In this document: piece after piece, positions 28,402-37,285 of the stretch
Position numbering within the stretch: the stretch's first letter is position 1
Layout of the letters: each line of letters opens with the position of its first letter
DNA from: an uncultured Gammaproteobacteria bacterium
GTDB lineage: Bacteria; Cyanobacteriota; Vampirovibrionia; LMEP-6097
Reading direction: 5' to 3'
Length of the DNA stretch: 64,000 nt
Assembly: GCA_964517685.1 (NCBI GenBank)
Contig: CAZFCF010000001.1
Span: 153,458 to 217,457 of the forward strand
Translations under genes and position numbers: made by a program
Notes under the pieces: model-generated
Databases searched by the model: none
What the model was told of the DNA's origin: nothing
The model's input: the letters and a program-made list of their open reading frames with translations, nothing else

Positions 28402-28725
28402 ATGAGTAGAAAAGAGTTTCAAGTAGGCGACTACTTAGAGCCGAACGTGCTATTGGAGAGGTTTTTAACCGACTGCCAGGTGATTTCGGAAAATATGGGT
28501 GGTGATGACTACACCTTCTCATATGTTGCAGATACAATTGCTGCAATTTATTACCACAGAGAGTTTGCATCCTGTGAAGAATTTTTACGCGAGAATACAG
28601 AACATTTAGATGAAGACAGAACCGAATGGGTCAAGTATATGTGGCGTACTCTTGATACTATGACTGACGCTCAGCGTGCAGAAGTAGTGATTGAGTCACT
28701 GGCACAAATACCAGTTAACATCTAA
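28402..28725 (+). CDS. hypothetical protein in GC-richer islet
   Basis: 107-aa ORF; codon usage (ccg, gtg, cgc) and noticeably higher GC than surroundings; converges on nrnA with 4-nt overlap. Confidence 0.4.
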   Translation: MSRKEFQVGDYLEPNVLLERFLTDCQVISENMGGDDYTFSYVADTIAAIYYHREFASCEEFLRENTEHLDEDRTEWVKYMWRTLDTMTDAQRAEVVIESLAQIPVNI

Positions 28726-29774
28726 CTTTGTATTTTTGAGTAATTCCTTAGAAGATCGATAACAATTGCTTTCAGCTCTTCGAAGTTAGATGATGGAGAA
28801 TCTAAATCCATGTTAAAGCCCGCAGCTCTAGCATGACCTCCACCATTGAGTTTGCTGGCGACAAGAGAGCAGTCGATTTCACTAATAGCACTCCGTAAGC
28901 TGCCTTTGTATGCCTTAGGACGTAAGCCTTCACGAAGATAAATGCACATATCAATATCTTTTATGCGCATAATGTGATCGACAATCTCGTCAGTGTCCTC
29001 ATCTCTAGCTTGAAGAGCATCAAGGCAAGATCTTGATGTCGTTGTATAAGCCACTTTCAGATTAGGTTTGGAGGGAATATCCGTGTCTATTGTTAATAAA
29101 TCCATGTTGTCCAGAGCATCACCAATGACTTTGATTGCCCTAAATGGGACTTGATTAAAAAGATTGTTGAAAAGTAAATTGGGATCCGCTCCTTGGTTTA
29201 CTAATTCACTAGCCCAGGTGAAGACCTTGCTGTTTGTATTACTATGCCTGAACCCTCCGGTATCTGTTAGTAGGGTGATGTAATACAGACTTGCAAGGTC
29301 TTTATCCGTTTGTATATTCTTTAAATCGTTTGCCATCTCTTTCACTACTTGACCTGTACAAGTAGCTTCAGCATCAACCCAATTAAGATCACCATATAAA
29401 GGATTAGAAAGATGATGATCGATGTTACATTTAGTTTTTGCTTTTTGCCAGATCTTGCCTGCTGAGCCCAATCTATTAACAGAGCCGCAATCAAGACTAA
29501 AACTTAAATCATATTCAGGAAGAGTATGTTGTAGATCAACTTCTTTCATAGAGCATAGAACTTTTTCTTGATCAGGAAAAAATCTATAAATTTCTGGCAC
29601 TTCATCGTGCATAATGCGATCAACTCTTTGGACACCAGCTTGCTCTAAAACTTTAGCTATAGCGAGCATTGAACCGAGAGTATCGCCATCTGGATTTAGA
29701 TGCGCAACGACTACTGCAGTCTTAGCTTCAAGGATTTTGGCGATAATTTCTTTTGATTGTATGGAGGTGGGCAT
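28722..29774 (-). CDS. nrnA: DHH/DHHA1 phosphoesterase (NrnA-like oligoribonuclease / pAp phosphatase)
   Basis: VVVAHLNPDGDTLGS DHH motif, GGGH DHHA1 motif. Confidence 0.75.
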   Translation of the reverse strand: MPTSIQSKEIIAKILEAKTAVVVAHLNPDGDTLGSMLAIAKVLEQAGVQRVDRIMHDEVPEIYRFFPDQEKVLCSMKEVDLQHTLPEYDLSFSLDCGSVNRLGSAGKIWQKAKTKCNIDHHLSNPLYGDLNWVDAEATCTGQVVKEMANDLKNIQTDKDLASLYYITLLTDTGGFRHSNTNSKVFTWASELVNQGADPNLLFNNLFNQVPFRAIKVIGDALDNMDLLTIDTDIPSKPNLKVAYTTTSRSCLDALQARDEDTDEIVDHIMRIKDIDMCIYLREGLRPKAYKGSLRSAISEIDCSLVASKLNGGGHARAAGFNMDLDSPSSNFEELKAIVIDLLRNYSKIQS

Positions 29775-29798
29775 TAGTTTTATTCTAGCAGCCGCGTA

Positions 29799-29940
29799 TC
29801 TATTCAGAATTATTCAACAGTTCGGACACATTCAGTCCGTGCGGTCTCGGGTTTTAAATTTTACCCTCGACCGTACTCCCTCATTGGTGCGCCGCTCCGC
29901 TTTGCAACGTCCTCACTTGATTGAATAATTGCTGAATAGA
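29799..29940. repeat. GC-rich ~96-bp structured core flanked by 22-24-bp inverted repeats (candidate small RNA or MITE)
   Basis: tctattcagaattattcaacag ... cttgattgaataattgctgaataga; core contains cggtctcgggt/accctcgaccg and cggac/gtccg stems. Confidence 0.5.
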
Positions 29941-30813
29941 CACTTTGGTTATAATTGTTCTGTGAGCGACAATTTGGAAGAATTTAATAAGACTATTAAT
30001 GAGATTAGAGATCCAGAGCATGGTTGTGTCTGGAATCTCAGCCAAACTCACAGTTCACTTAAACGTTACTTATTAGAAGAGCTTTATGAAACATTAGAAG
30101 CTATTGATGAGCTTGAAGAAACTAAAAACTATGATGCTCTTAAAGAAGAGCTTGGTGATTTACTTTTACAAATAGTTTTGCATTCTAAACTCGCTGAAGA
30201 AAAAGGCAAATTTAGTTTAGACGATGTTATTGATGGCATTAACAAAAAGATGATTAAACGTCATCCACATGTTTTTAAGAGAGCCGAATCTGGTGGAGCT
30301 GCTACTGTCTCGGAAGTGGATAATCACTGGGATAAAGAAAAAGCTAAAGAGAAAGAAAGTCGCGAGTCGTTCTTCGAAGGAATCCCTCTGGAGATGCCGG
30401 CTTTAGCGCGCGCTTGGAAAATTTCTAAGAAGGCTGTGAAAGAAAGTTTCGAGTGGGATGAAGAGAAAAAACTTTGGGGACAATTAGATTCTGAGATTAA
30501 AGAGTTTCTTGAAGTTACCGAGAACTATGAAAAGCAAACAGGGATTGATCTTTATAAAGATGGTTTCCAGGATGAAAAAGTAAAACGTGAAGCAGAATTA
30601 GAGCTTGGAGATATTTTATTTACTATAGTAAATGTGGCACGCTGGTACAAGATTGATCCTGAAGAAGCTTTAAGACAGACTAATAACAAATTTATTAAGC
30701 GCTTTGAAGTGATGGTAAAGATCTGTAAATCACGAGGCAAAACATTAAAAGACTATAGCGTTTCTGAGCTGGAAGCCTTGTGGCAAGAGGCAAAGCTGTC
30801 ATTGCGAGCGTAG
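29929..30813 (+). CDS. mazG: nucleoside triphosphate pyrophosphohydrolase MazG
   Basis: tandem MazG EExGE/ELGDxL motifs; likely real start GTG ~29962; last 3 codons and stop (SLRA*) from repeat. Confidence 0.75.
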   Translation: MLNRHFGYNCSVSDNLEEFNKTINEIRDPEHGCVWNLSQTHSSLKRYLLEELYETLEAIDELEETKNYDALKEELGDLLLQIVLHSKLAEEKGKFSLDDVIDGINKKMIKRHPHVFKRAESGGAATVSEVDNHWDKEKAKEKESRESFFEGIPLEMPALARAWKISKKAVKESFEWDEEKKLWGQLDSEIKEFLEVTENYEKQTGIDLYKDGFQDEKVKREAELELGDILFTIVNVARWYKIDPEEALRQTNNKFIKRFEVMVKICKSRGKTLKDYSVSELEALWQEAKLSLRA

Positions 30814-30906
30814 CGAAACGTCATTGCGAGGAGCCGGAGGCGACGTGGCAATCCCATCAAGGCTTGCTCAGGGGGATTGCTTCGTCGTTCCACTCCTCGC
30901 AATGAC
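30798..30906. repeat. compound palindromic repeat (two GTCATTGCGAG units + CGTGGCAATCC + GGGGGATTGCTTCG..CTCCTCGCAATGAC)
   Basis: three modules in series forming a ~108-bp imperfect palindrome. Confidence 0.85.
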
Positions 30907-30926
30907 GTCTTGTGATATATTAAAAC

Positions 30927-31829
30927 TTGTATATGGTTAAACATTACTTGAGTATTAATGATGTCAGCAAAGAAGAGCTTTTGGAGCTTTTGGATTCGGC
31001 TGCTGAACTGAAAAGAGATCTTAAAGCTGGCAAAGATCAATCACATTTATTGAAGAGTAAAACACTTGGAATGATTTTTGAAAAACCAAGTTTGAGAACT
31101 CGTATTAGTTTTGAAGTTGGAATATTTCAGCTAGGTGGACAAGGTATCAACTTGACTGCTGATGAAATTAGAATTGGTGCGCGTGAGACCAGAGCGGATA
31201 TTGCTAAAGTTATGTCGCAATATATGGATGGTTTGATGATCAGAACTTTTGGACAAGAGGTTCTTGAAGAGACTGCTCAATATGCAACAGTACCTGTGAT
31301 CAATGGTCTAAGTGATCTTGAGCATCCATGTCAGACGCTTGCAGATCTATTAACTATACGCGAGCACTTCGGTTCTTTTGATGGACTTAAAATTGCTTAT
31401 ATCGGCGATGGCAATAATACAGTGCGCAGTTTGATGCTTGCTTGTACTAAGCTTGGTATTAAGATACATGTCGCATCGCCATTGGGTTATGAGCCAGCTA
31501 AATCTTATCAATCTGAGTATACGACTGTTACTCATGGTGTGGGTGAAGCTGCACAGAATGCAGATGTAATTTATACAGATGTTTGGTCTAGTATGGGTCA
31601 AGAAAAAGAAGCGCAGAAACGTAAATTAGCTTTTGCTGGTTACCAAATCAACAAGCCGCTTCTAGAAGAGTTTGCAAAGAAAACTGCAATCGTACTTCAT
31701 TGTTTACCTGCACACAGAGGCGAAGAAGTTACTGCTGAAGTACTGGATAGACACGAAAAAACTATTCTCAGCCAAGCTGAAAACCGCTTGCATACTGAGA
31801 AGGCGATATTGCTTAAGTTGATGGGTTAA
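30927..31829 (+). CDS. argF: ornithine carbamoyltransferase
   Basis: SLRTRISFE (STRTR), HPCQ, HCLPA motifs. Confidence 0.85.
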   Translation: MYMVKHYLSINDVSKEELLELLDSAAELKRDLKAGKDQSHLLKSKTLGMIFEKPSLRTRISFEVGIFQLGGQGINLTADEIRIGARETRADIAKVMSQYMDGLMIRTFGQEVLEETAQYATVPVINGLSDLEHPCQTLADLLTIREHFGSFDGLKIAYIGDGNNTVRSLMLACTKLGIKIHVASPLGYEPAKSYQSEYTTVTHGVGEAAQNADVIYTDVWSSMGQEKEAQKRKLAFAGYQINKPLLEEFAKKTAIVLHCLPAHRGEEVTAEVLDRHEKTILSQAENRLHTEKAILLKLMG

Positions 31830-31836
31830 GCTCCTT

Positions 31837-31892
31837 GTCATTCCTACGCCCTCGAAGAGGGCATAGAATCCATTTACTATAGAGCTTCTGGT
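31837..31892. repeat. repeat variant GTCATTCCTACGCCCTCGAAGAGGGCATAGAATCCATTTACTATAGAGCTTCTGG
   Basis: shares CCCTCGAAGAGGGC palindrome and TTTACTATAGAGCTT tail with 33509-33560 and 54913-54930. Confidence 0.8.
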
Positions 31893-31894
31893 TT

Positions 31895-32911
31895 ATGACA
31901 TACCACTTCAAACCTTATCATCCAATAGAAAATAGCTCGCGCGAAGACTATCTGCAAGAGCTAAGAGAGAATCAGCTTGACCAAGGAATTTTTGTAGTTC
32001 AAGAAAAAGTTCATGGTGGCAATTTAGTTTTTATTACTGATGGCAAAGAAATTCGCTGCGCGAAGAGAACAGGTTTACTGGATGATAATGAAAGGTTCTA
32101 CAACTTTCAGAAAGTAAGAGATCGCTATCGTGAAAAAATACTTGCAGCTTATAAGCGAGTTAAAGAGTTATATCCAGAGATGGATGAGTTATATATTTTC
32201 GGTGAAATCTTTGGTGGACAGTATCCACATCCCCAAGTGCCTAAAGTGGAGTCAGCGATTAAGTTACAACAAGGTGTATTTTATTCTCCTGATAATGATT
32301 TTTATGCATTTGATTTGCGAGTCTATAACAAAAGCTATTTGGATTTGGATCTCTCGACAAAGATTTTTGCAGAGCTGGGATTTATTCATGCTGAAATTCT
32401 TTTTCAAGGTTCGCTTGAAGAGTGCCTGGCTTATCCAAATGAATTTGAATCTAAGATTCCTGAGTATTTGGGTTTACCTTTAATCCCAGGCAATATTGCT
32501 GAAGGCGTAGTCATTAAGCCGCTTAGCGCGAAGTTTCTGCCAAGTAAAGAGAGGGTCATACTCAAGAATAAAAATCCAAAGTACGAAGAGAAAATTATCA
32601 AGAAACATAAAATTAAAAAACCTAGACCGAAGATATCGGATGCTGTAACTGATCTACGCCAAGAAACTTTGGCATATATCAATGAAAATCGTTTGAAATC
32701 TGTAACGAGCAAAATTGCTGAAGTTAATTTATCAGAGATCAAAAATGACCCTAAGCAAATTGGAAAATTCTTAGGACCCTTTGCGCAAGATGTTTTACAG
32801 GATTTCCTTAAAGACTTTGGGACTGAGTTTGAAGCTTTAGAAAAGGCTGATCAAAAACTTATTAAGCAGTTTGTTTCAGATGAGTGTATGAAGTTGTTGC
32901 GGAGAGTTTAG
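31895..32911 (+). CDS. ATP-dependent RNA ligase, T4 Rnl2 family (full length incl. C-terminal domain)
   Basis: EKVHGGNLVFI..IRCAKRTG (motif I; T4 Rnl2 EKIHGTNFSLI..VTCAKRTG), YIFGEIFGG (III), FYAFDL, AEGVVIKP (IV), VILKNKNPKY (V). Confidence 0.85.
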   Translation: MTYHFKPYHPIENSSREDYLQELRENQLDQGIFVVQEKVHGGNLVFITDGKEIRCAKRTGLLDDNERFYNFQKVRDRYREKILAAYKRVKELYPEMDELYIFGEIFGGQYPHPQVPKVESAIKLQQGVFYSPDNDFYAFDLRVYNKSYLDLDLSTKIFAELGFIHAEILFQGSLEECLAYPNEFESKIPEYLGLPLIPGNIAEGVVIKPLSAKFLPSKERVILKNKNPKYEEKIIKKHKIKKPRPKISDAVTDLRQETLAYINENRLKSVTSKIAEVNLSEIKNDPKQIGKFLGPFAQDVLQDFLKDFGTEFEALEKADQKLIKQFVSDECMKLLRRV

Positions 32912-33072
32912 AAAGTACCTAATTTCGGTACTTTGTCCTATGAGAAAGTACCGTTTTGAGGTACTTTTGCACACCAGAATTTTTAGTAACTTACTACAAA
33001 TCTGATTTTGTTGATTTGTAGTAAGTTGATAAACGTGAGCAACTTACTACAAATTGAATTTTATTGATTTGT
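32903..33072. repeat. array of four hairpins (2x aaagtacc-N7-ggtacttt; 2x cttactacaaat-N10-12-atttgtagtaag)
   Basis: perfect 8-bp and 12-13-bp stems; between rnl stop and MNT start. Confidence 0.7.
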
Positions 33073-33127
33073 AGTAAGAGGAAATCTGCACATTTTTTCA
33101 ATAGAGTTACTTAAGCTATAATTTTGC

Positions 33128-33505
33128 TTGATGAAGCCAGCTTCACACAAAAGCAAATTAGAGCTAGAGTCATTCTTGACTAATGTGATATCCAAAATTG
33201 CACAAGATTTTATGCTTGATGAAGTTTTACTGTATGGCTCATATGCCAAAGGTACGGCTAATGCTGATAGTGATATTGATTTAGCTATCATCTCTCCTCA
33301 ATTAACTAAGAAAAGTATTTATGCTAATAATAGATTTATTAAAACGCAAATTAAGCTCTATGAGCCTGGTCTGCAGCTTACATCTTTTCCTTCTGAGGTT
33401 TTCTATAATGAAACCTTTGTTGATCCTGGTTTCATACAGGAAATTAAACGCACTGGTAAACGAGTTTATAGTAAGGACAATGGTTTGGATTTGAGCTTGT
33501 TGTAA
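33128..33505 (+). CDS. minimal nucleotidyltransferase (Pol-beta superfamily, MNT-like)
   Basis: LYGSYAKGTANADSDIDLAI (GS..D.D NTase motif). Confidence 0.65.
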   Translation: MMKPASHKSKLELESFLTNVISKIAQDFMLDEVLLYGSYAKGTANADSDIDLAIISPQLTKKSIYANNRFIKTQIKLYEPGLQLTSFPSEVFYNETFVDPGFIQEIKRTGKRVYSKDNGLDLSLL

Positions 33506-33508
33506 GCT

Positions 33509-33606
33509 GTCATTCAGAGCCCTCGAAGAGGGCGTAGGAATCTATTTACTATAGAGCTTTTGGTAGACTGGATTGCCACGTCGGGCTTCGCCCTCCTCGC
33601 AATGAC
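33509..33606. repeat. palindromic repeat (GTCATTCAGAGCCCTCGAAGAGGGC..GGATTGCCACG..CTCCTCGCAATGAC)
   Basis: module composition as above. Confidence 0.85.
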
Positions 33607-33618
33607 GGCATTTGAACT

Positions 33619-34407
33619 TTAGTTATTCTGCATCGACTTTGCTGCATGAAGCAAAGCTGCTTCTTTAAGCTCGTCGTCTTTAAGTTGCTCGAAGCATTCA
33701 ATTGCAACTGGGAATTTTTGTTTCACAAGTTGGATTGCAGCTTGCGCGTATTGTTGGATTTCCCATTGTGCTTCTTTCGGTGCGCGCAATGCATACCAAT
33801 GCATAAAATTACGTAAGTTCACAGTAGTGATGAACTCTGTGTGGCTGCCAACAGGTAGCACACCGCGAGCTTGCTCTCTGCAAACTCCAAGTTCAATAAG
33901 TTTAGAATATGCATCAATAGTAGCTTTGCAAGCAGCTTCGTAGACTTCGTTTGCTTGACCTTGGTTGATGTTTGTAGCTTCTACGCTGGCTTGTTTGTTG
34001 CTTGCAGCTTGCTCGCGAAACTCTGTAGGTTTGTAAATCGTGTTGTCGAATTTGGTGTAACGTGCGCTGATCTCATTGAAAACCCAGCAACGGTGTTTCA
34101 TCCATTGGCGCGCAATGTAGATAGGGCATTTAACACGGAACTTGAGAGCGTTCTGCTCAAAGGGGGTCCAGTGCTTGTGTTTAGCCAAAAATAAAATTAG
34201 TTTTTTGTCGCGATCTGAAAGTTCTTCTGCTTGAGTATTGTATGAAACTCTTGCGGCATTGACGATGCTCAGATCATCACCCATCACATCAACAAGTTCG
34301 ATGTGTCCGAGTATGCCCAGGTCCGCAAAAAGTGGATTAGATTTATCGCCCGCTTCATTAGTGTTAGTTTGCGGGTTTTGTAGGTCTTGCGCGTCAGTTT
34401 TAGCCAT
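33619..34407 (-). CDS. thyX: FAD-dependent thymidylate synthase
   Basis: RHRCWVFNEISARY = ThyX RHRxxxxxxxSxR motif. Confidence 0.88.
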   Translation of the reverse strand: MAKTDAQDLQNPQTNTNEAGDKSNPLFADLGILGHIELVDVMGDDLSIVNAARVSYNTQAEELSDRDKKLILFLAKHKHWTPFEQNALKFRVKCPIYIARQWMKHRCWVFNEISARYTKFDNTIYKPTEFREQAASNKQASVEATNINQGQANEVYEAACKATIDAYSKLIELGVCREQARGVLPVGSHTEFITTVNLRNFMHWYALRAPKEAQWEIQQYAQAAIQLVKQKFPVAIECFEQLKDDELKEAALLHAAKSMQNN

Positions 34408-34463
34408 GAATATTATTTTACTATAATTCGGGGCTTGTGGGAAAAGTGGCGTAAATTAAGGGC

Positions 34464-34646
34464 TTAATTCTTGAATTTATGAAACATTAGATTAGAGCTA
34501 TTAACTTTAGAATCCTCTATCGGTTCTGATTCGGCTAATTTACTTTCAGCTTCTTTAATCTGAGACTTAATTAAATTCAGCCTCTCTTTGATTTTGCTTT
34601 TATTAGGTTTTGGTATAAAAAGATCTTGTGAAAAATTTTTATTCAT
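34464..34646 (-). CDS. small hypothetical protein
   Basis: 60-aa ORF starting MNKNF like the 147-aa ORF at 37729; 3 nt from next gene. Confidence 0.3.
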   Translation of the reverse strand: MNKNFSQDLFIPKPNKSKIKERLNLIKSQIKEAESKLAESEPIEDSKVNSSNLMFHKFKN

Positions 34647-34649
34647 AAT

Positions 34650-37226
34650 TTATCTATTGCCTTTTAGTTCTGCATCAAAGAAATATTTAATAATATCTCT
34701 AATGAAACTCATTAAGTTAGGAGTCAAATTATAGTGCGACTGAACATATGATGTAGCACTAGTTTCCATAGCGTTAACTGCTGAATTAAATTGATTTTGT
34801 ACTTGAGGACCTACTGTTTGTCCTGCTTCTCTTGCATCTAAAACAGTTCCTATTGTGCTATTAAGCTTAGCGAGGTTTGCTAAAGAAGATTGGCTCACTG
34901 CTTGTTTTGTGTAGTTATCGATTCCCTGAGCCGTATCACTTATAGTGAGATATTGTTCAGCCAAAGTATCTAAAGTAGCAAATCTGCTAATAGTACCATT
35001 ACTTTCTAATGCTGACAGAGTTGAATTGAAGTTTACAGCAGCAGTTTCTGTATTCCAATTACTGTAACCTACTTGCGTCACTCCTAAACCAACATTTACA
35101 AGACCACTATTAATTATATTATTGACTTTGTCTTTGCCCTGAGCATAATAAATAAAAGCTTTTAAACCTTGTTGTTTAATTTCAGTGTCTGTAGATCTTA
35201 GAGCCTCTTCTATGGTCATAGTATTTGTTGAAAGAACTAATTCACTACTAGCACCGAATAAAGGTGTTCCTATATTAATATTTTCATCTAATATTGCTTT
35301 GGTTTGTCTAATTCCAGTTTTCTGATTTTTACTAAACTCATCCGTGCCATTAGTTTGATCAGGATCAAGATTTCCAATGTTTAATATAGTTTGATCTACA
35401 CTGCTAATATACAAACCAGTAGGAATAGTAGACGAAAAAGTTTCAATATTTTCAATAGAAGTTGTATTAATTGCAGTCTTGCTGCTAACTCCTAAGAATC
35501 CTCTAACTCTGTTTTGCATTTGTGCTTTTTCAGCAGTTCCTAGTGTGGAAGATTGAATATCTGCTTCAAGTTTTGCTAAGCCATAAATTTGTAAACCTTC
35601 ACTATCACTTTGAATTAAATTAAATGATGCAGGATCATTTGTTATTAAAGCTTTAATCAGATTATCTACTGGTGATAATGCAGCTTGATCAGCATTTGCA
35701 ATTTTCTGTAGGCTTTGTCTAATTCCAGCAAAAGGAATAGTAGTTACTCCGTATGCTGTTTGGATTTGAGTTTGAATTTCTGTAGCTAAGTTATCAATAG
35801 AAGCTTTCTTGGAATTACTTAATGCTTCTAATGCTTGTTTATTAAATGTTGTAATAGTTTCAGTTGGATTAGTACTATTCCATTGAGTAGAAAAATCTTG
35901 AATTAAATGATTAGAAAGAGCCAAGGCTTGTTCACCTACTTTAACAATAGTTTGTTGTAATACTCCTGTTTGAACTGCTGGTTTATCAAAATGTTTTTTG
36001 ATTTCAGCTTGAATCTTACCGGTATCATCTAAAATTTCAGGATCTCTTAGTATCTCGATCATTATTGCTTGTTGATTACTAGTTTCAGTCGCACTATCAG
36101 TATCATTAGCAATTAATTGTTGAATTTTTCTATCTTCTAAAATTGTATATGCTTCTAAGAAATATCCAACAGCACGATCTCTATCAGCACCACCTTTCAC
36201 AAAATCTTCTAAAAATTCACCGAAAGTAAAAGTAAATAAATTAGTACCGCTTGCATAAGTACCAGTACCAAATACTCTATCTATAGTCGCTTGATCTCGA
36301 ATTTCAATTCGTTCAAAATTTTCATCAGTGATTCCTAATCTAGTTTCAAGTCTTTCACTTAGTTCTATAGAAGTATCTTTTAGATTTCTTGCATCAATTC
36401 TATCGTTAGTAATTTTTGTTTTTAACTGAGTGATTTGAGGTCCAGTTAAACCAGGTATAGATGTTGCTCCTCCAATAATAGAATTTTCAAGTGCTTCTAA
36501 TCCTGCCAAAATCGTAGAGTCATTAATGAGAGCAGCTTGTACGAATGATCCTGTAATGGGAGCATTGCCAAAATGGCTGATAATAGTTTCTGCTGCTGTT
36601 TCATCACCAGCTTTTGCTTTTTTGATTTGACCTGAACTAATTCCCAGATCTAGAATTATTTTAGCTGCTGCCTGATTCTTTCTACTTGAGTCCAATCCTG
36701 CAGCTGTAAAGTCTTTAATAATATCAATATGAGAAACACCAGAATCTTCTAGCCAAGAACTAATTAGTGACTTAGCTTCTTTACTAGTGTTATTCCGAGC
36801 CATTAAATCTTCTAATGCGCCAATAACAGCATTTGGTACATTACTCATACTCGTACCAAATATTGTTGAAAGGTCTGTTCTTGCTGTATTTAGTAAAGTT
36901 TTGATTTCTCTTGTGTTGTTTGCATTAGTAAGATTTACTAAGTTTCTTTGAGTCTCTGTAAGACCTGCAAGAGTAGATTCTTGTAATCTATTATTAAAAA
37001 TTTGTCCACCAAGCATGTTTGGAAGTCCTGAACCATAAGAGTTAATTTGACGATTAATCCAATTATTTAACCAAATAAAAGTAGCTCTGCCTCTTGTAAC
37101 TGTTGTAGGCGTTGGCACTACTACTGTTGGAGCTGCTGGATTAGGTAAAGGTTTGTTTAAGGCTGATGTTGCGCTTGAAAAATTCGGTGCTGTGAATGTG
37201 AATGCCATAGTCACTATATAAAGCAA
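34650..37226 (-). CDS. large (858 aa) hydrophilic hypothetical protein
   Basis: uninterrupted ORF, T/S/N/Q-rich, no TM or signal peptide. Confidence 0.55.
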   Translation of the reverse strand: MLYIVTMAFTFTAPNFSSATSALNKPLPNPAAPTVVVPTPTTVTRGRATFIWLNNWINRQINSYGSGLPNMLGGQIFNNRLQESTLAGLTETQRNLVNLTNANNTREIKTLLNTARTDLSTIFGTSMSNVPNAVIGALEDLMARNNTSKEAKSLISSWLEDSGVSHIDIIKDFTAAGLDSSRKNQAAAKIILDLGISSGQIKKAKAGDETAAETIISHFGNAPITGSFVQAALINDSTILAGLEALENSIIGGATSIPGLTGPQITQLKTKITNDRIDARNLKDTSIELSERLETRLGITDENFERIEIRDQATIDRVFGTGTYASGTNLFTFTFGEFLEDFVKGGADRDRAVGYFLEAYTILEDRKIQQLIANDTDSATETSNQQAIMIEILRDPEILDDTGKIQAEIKKHFDKPAVQTGVLQQTIVKVGEQALALSNHLIQDFSTQWNSTNPTETITTFNKQALEALSNSKKASIDNLATEIQTQIQTAYGVTTIPFAGIRQSLQKIANADQAALSPVDNLIKALITNDPASFNLIQSDSEGLQIYGLAKLEADIQSSTLGTAEKAQMQNRVRGFLGVSSKTAINTTSIENIETFSSTIPTGLYISSVDQTILNIGNLDPDQTNGTDEFSKNQKTGIRQTKAILDENINIGTPLFGASSELVLSTNTMTIEEALRSTDTEIKQQGLKAFIYYAQGKDKVNNIINSGLVNVGLGVTQVGYSNWNTETAAVNFNSTLSALESNGTISRFATLDTLAEQYLTISDTAQGIDNYTKQAVSQSSLANLAKLNSTIGTVLDAREAGQTVGPQVQNQFNSAVNAMETSATSYVQSHYNLTPNLMSFIRDIIKYFFDAELKGNR

Positions 37227-37285
37227 TGTATGACAGGTTTTTGATAGTTAATGAGGGATTGATTATGCCTAAAACTAACCTAGGA

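Noticed and set aside
29614-29928. ORF 29614..29928 (+) as a real gene
   Set aside because: It is antisense to the nrnA 5' end and runs through the GC-rich structured element; no motifs, likely spurious.
30927-31829. argF as part of an arginine deiminase or biosynthesis operon
   Set aside because: No arcA/arcC or argB/C/D/G neighbours; the gene is isolated between repeats, so no pathway inference was made.
32903-33072. Hairpin array as CRISPR or integron attC sites
   Set aside because: Only 2+2 copies with 10-17-nt spacers, no cas or intI gene; attC sites are imperfect with extrahelical bases, whereas these are perfect stems.
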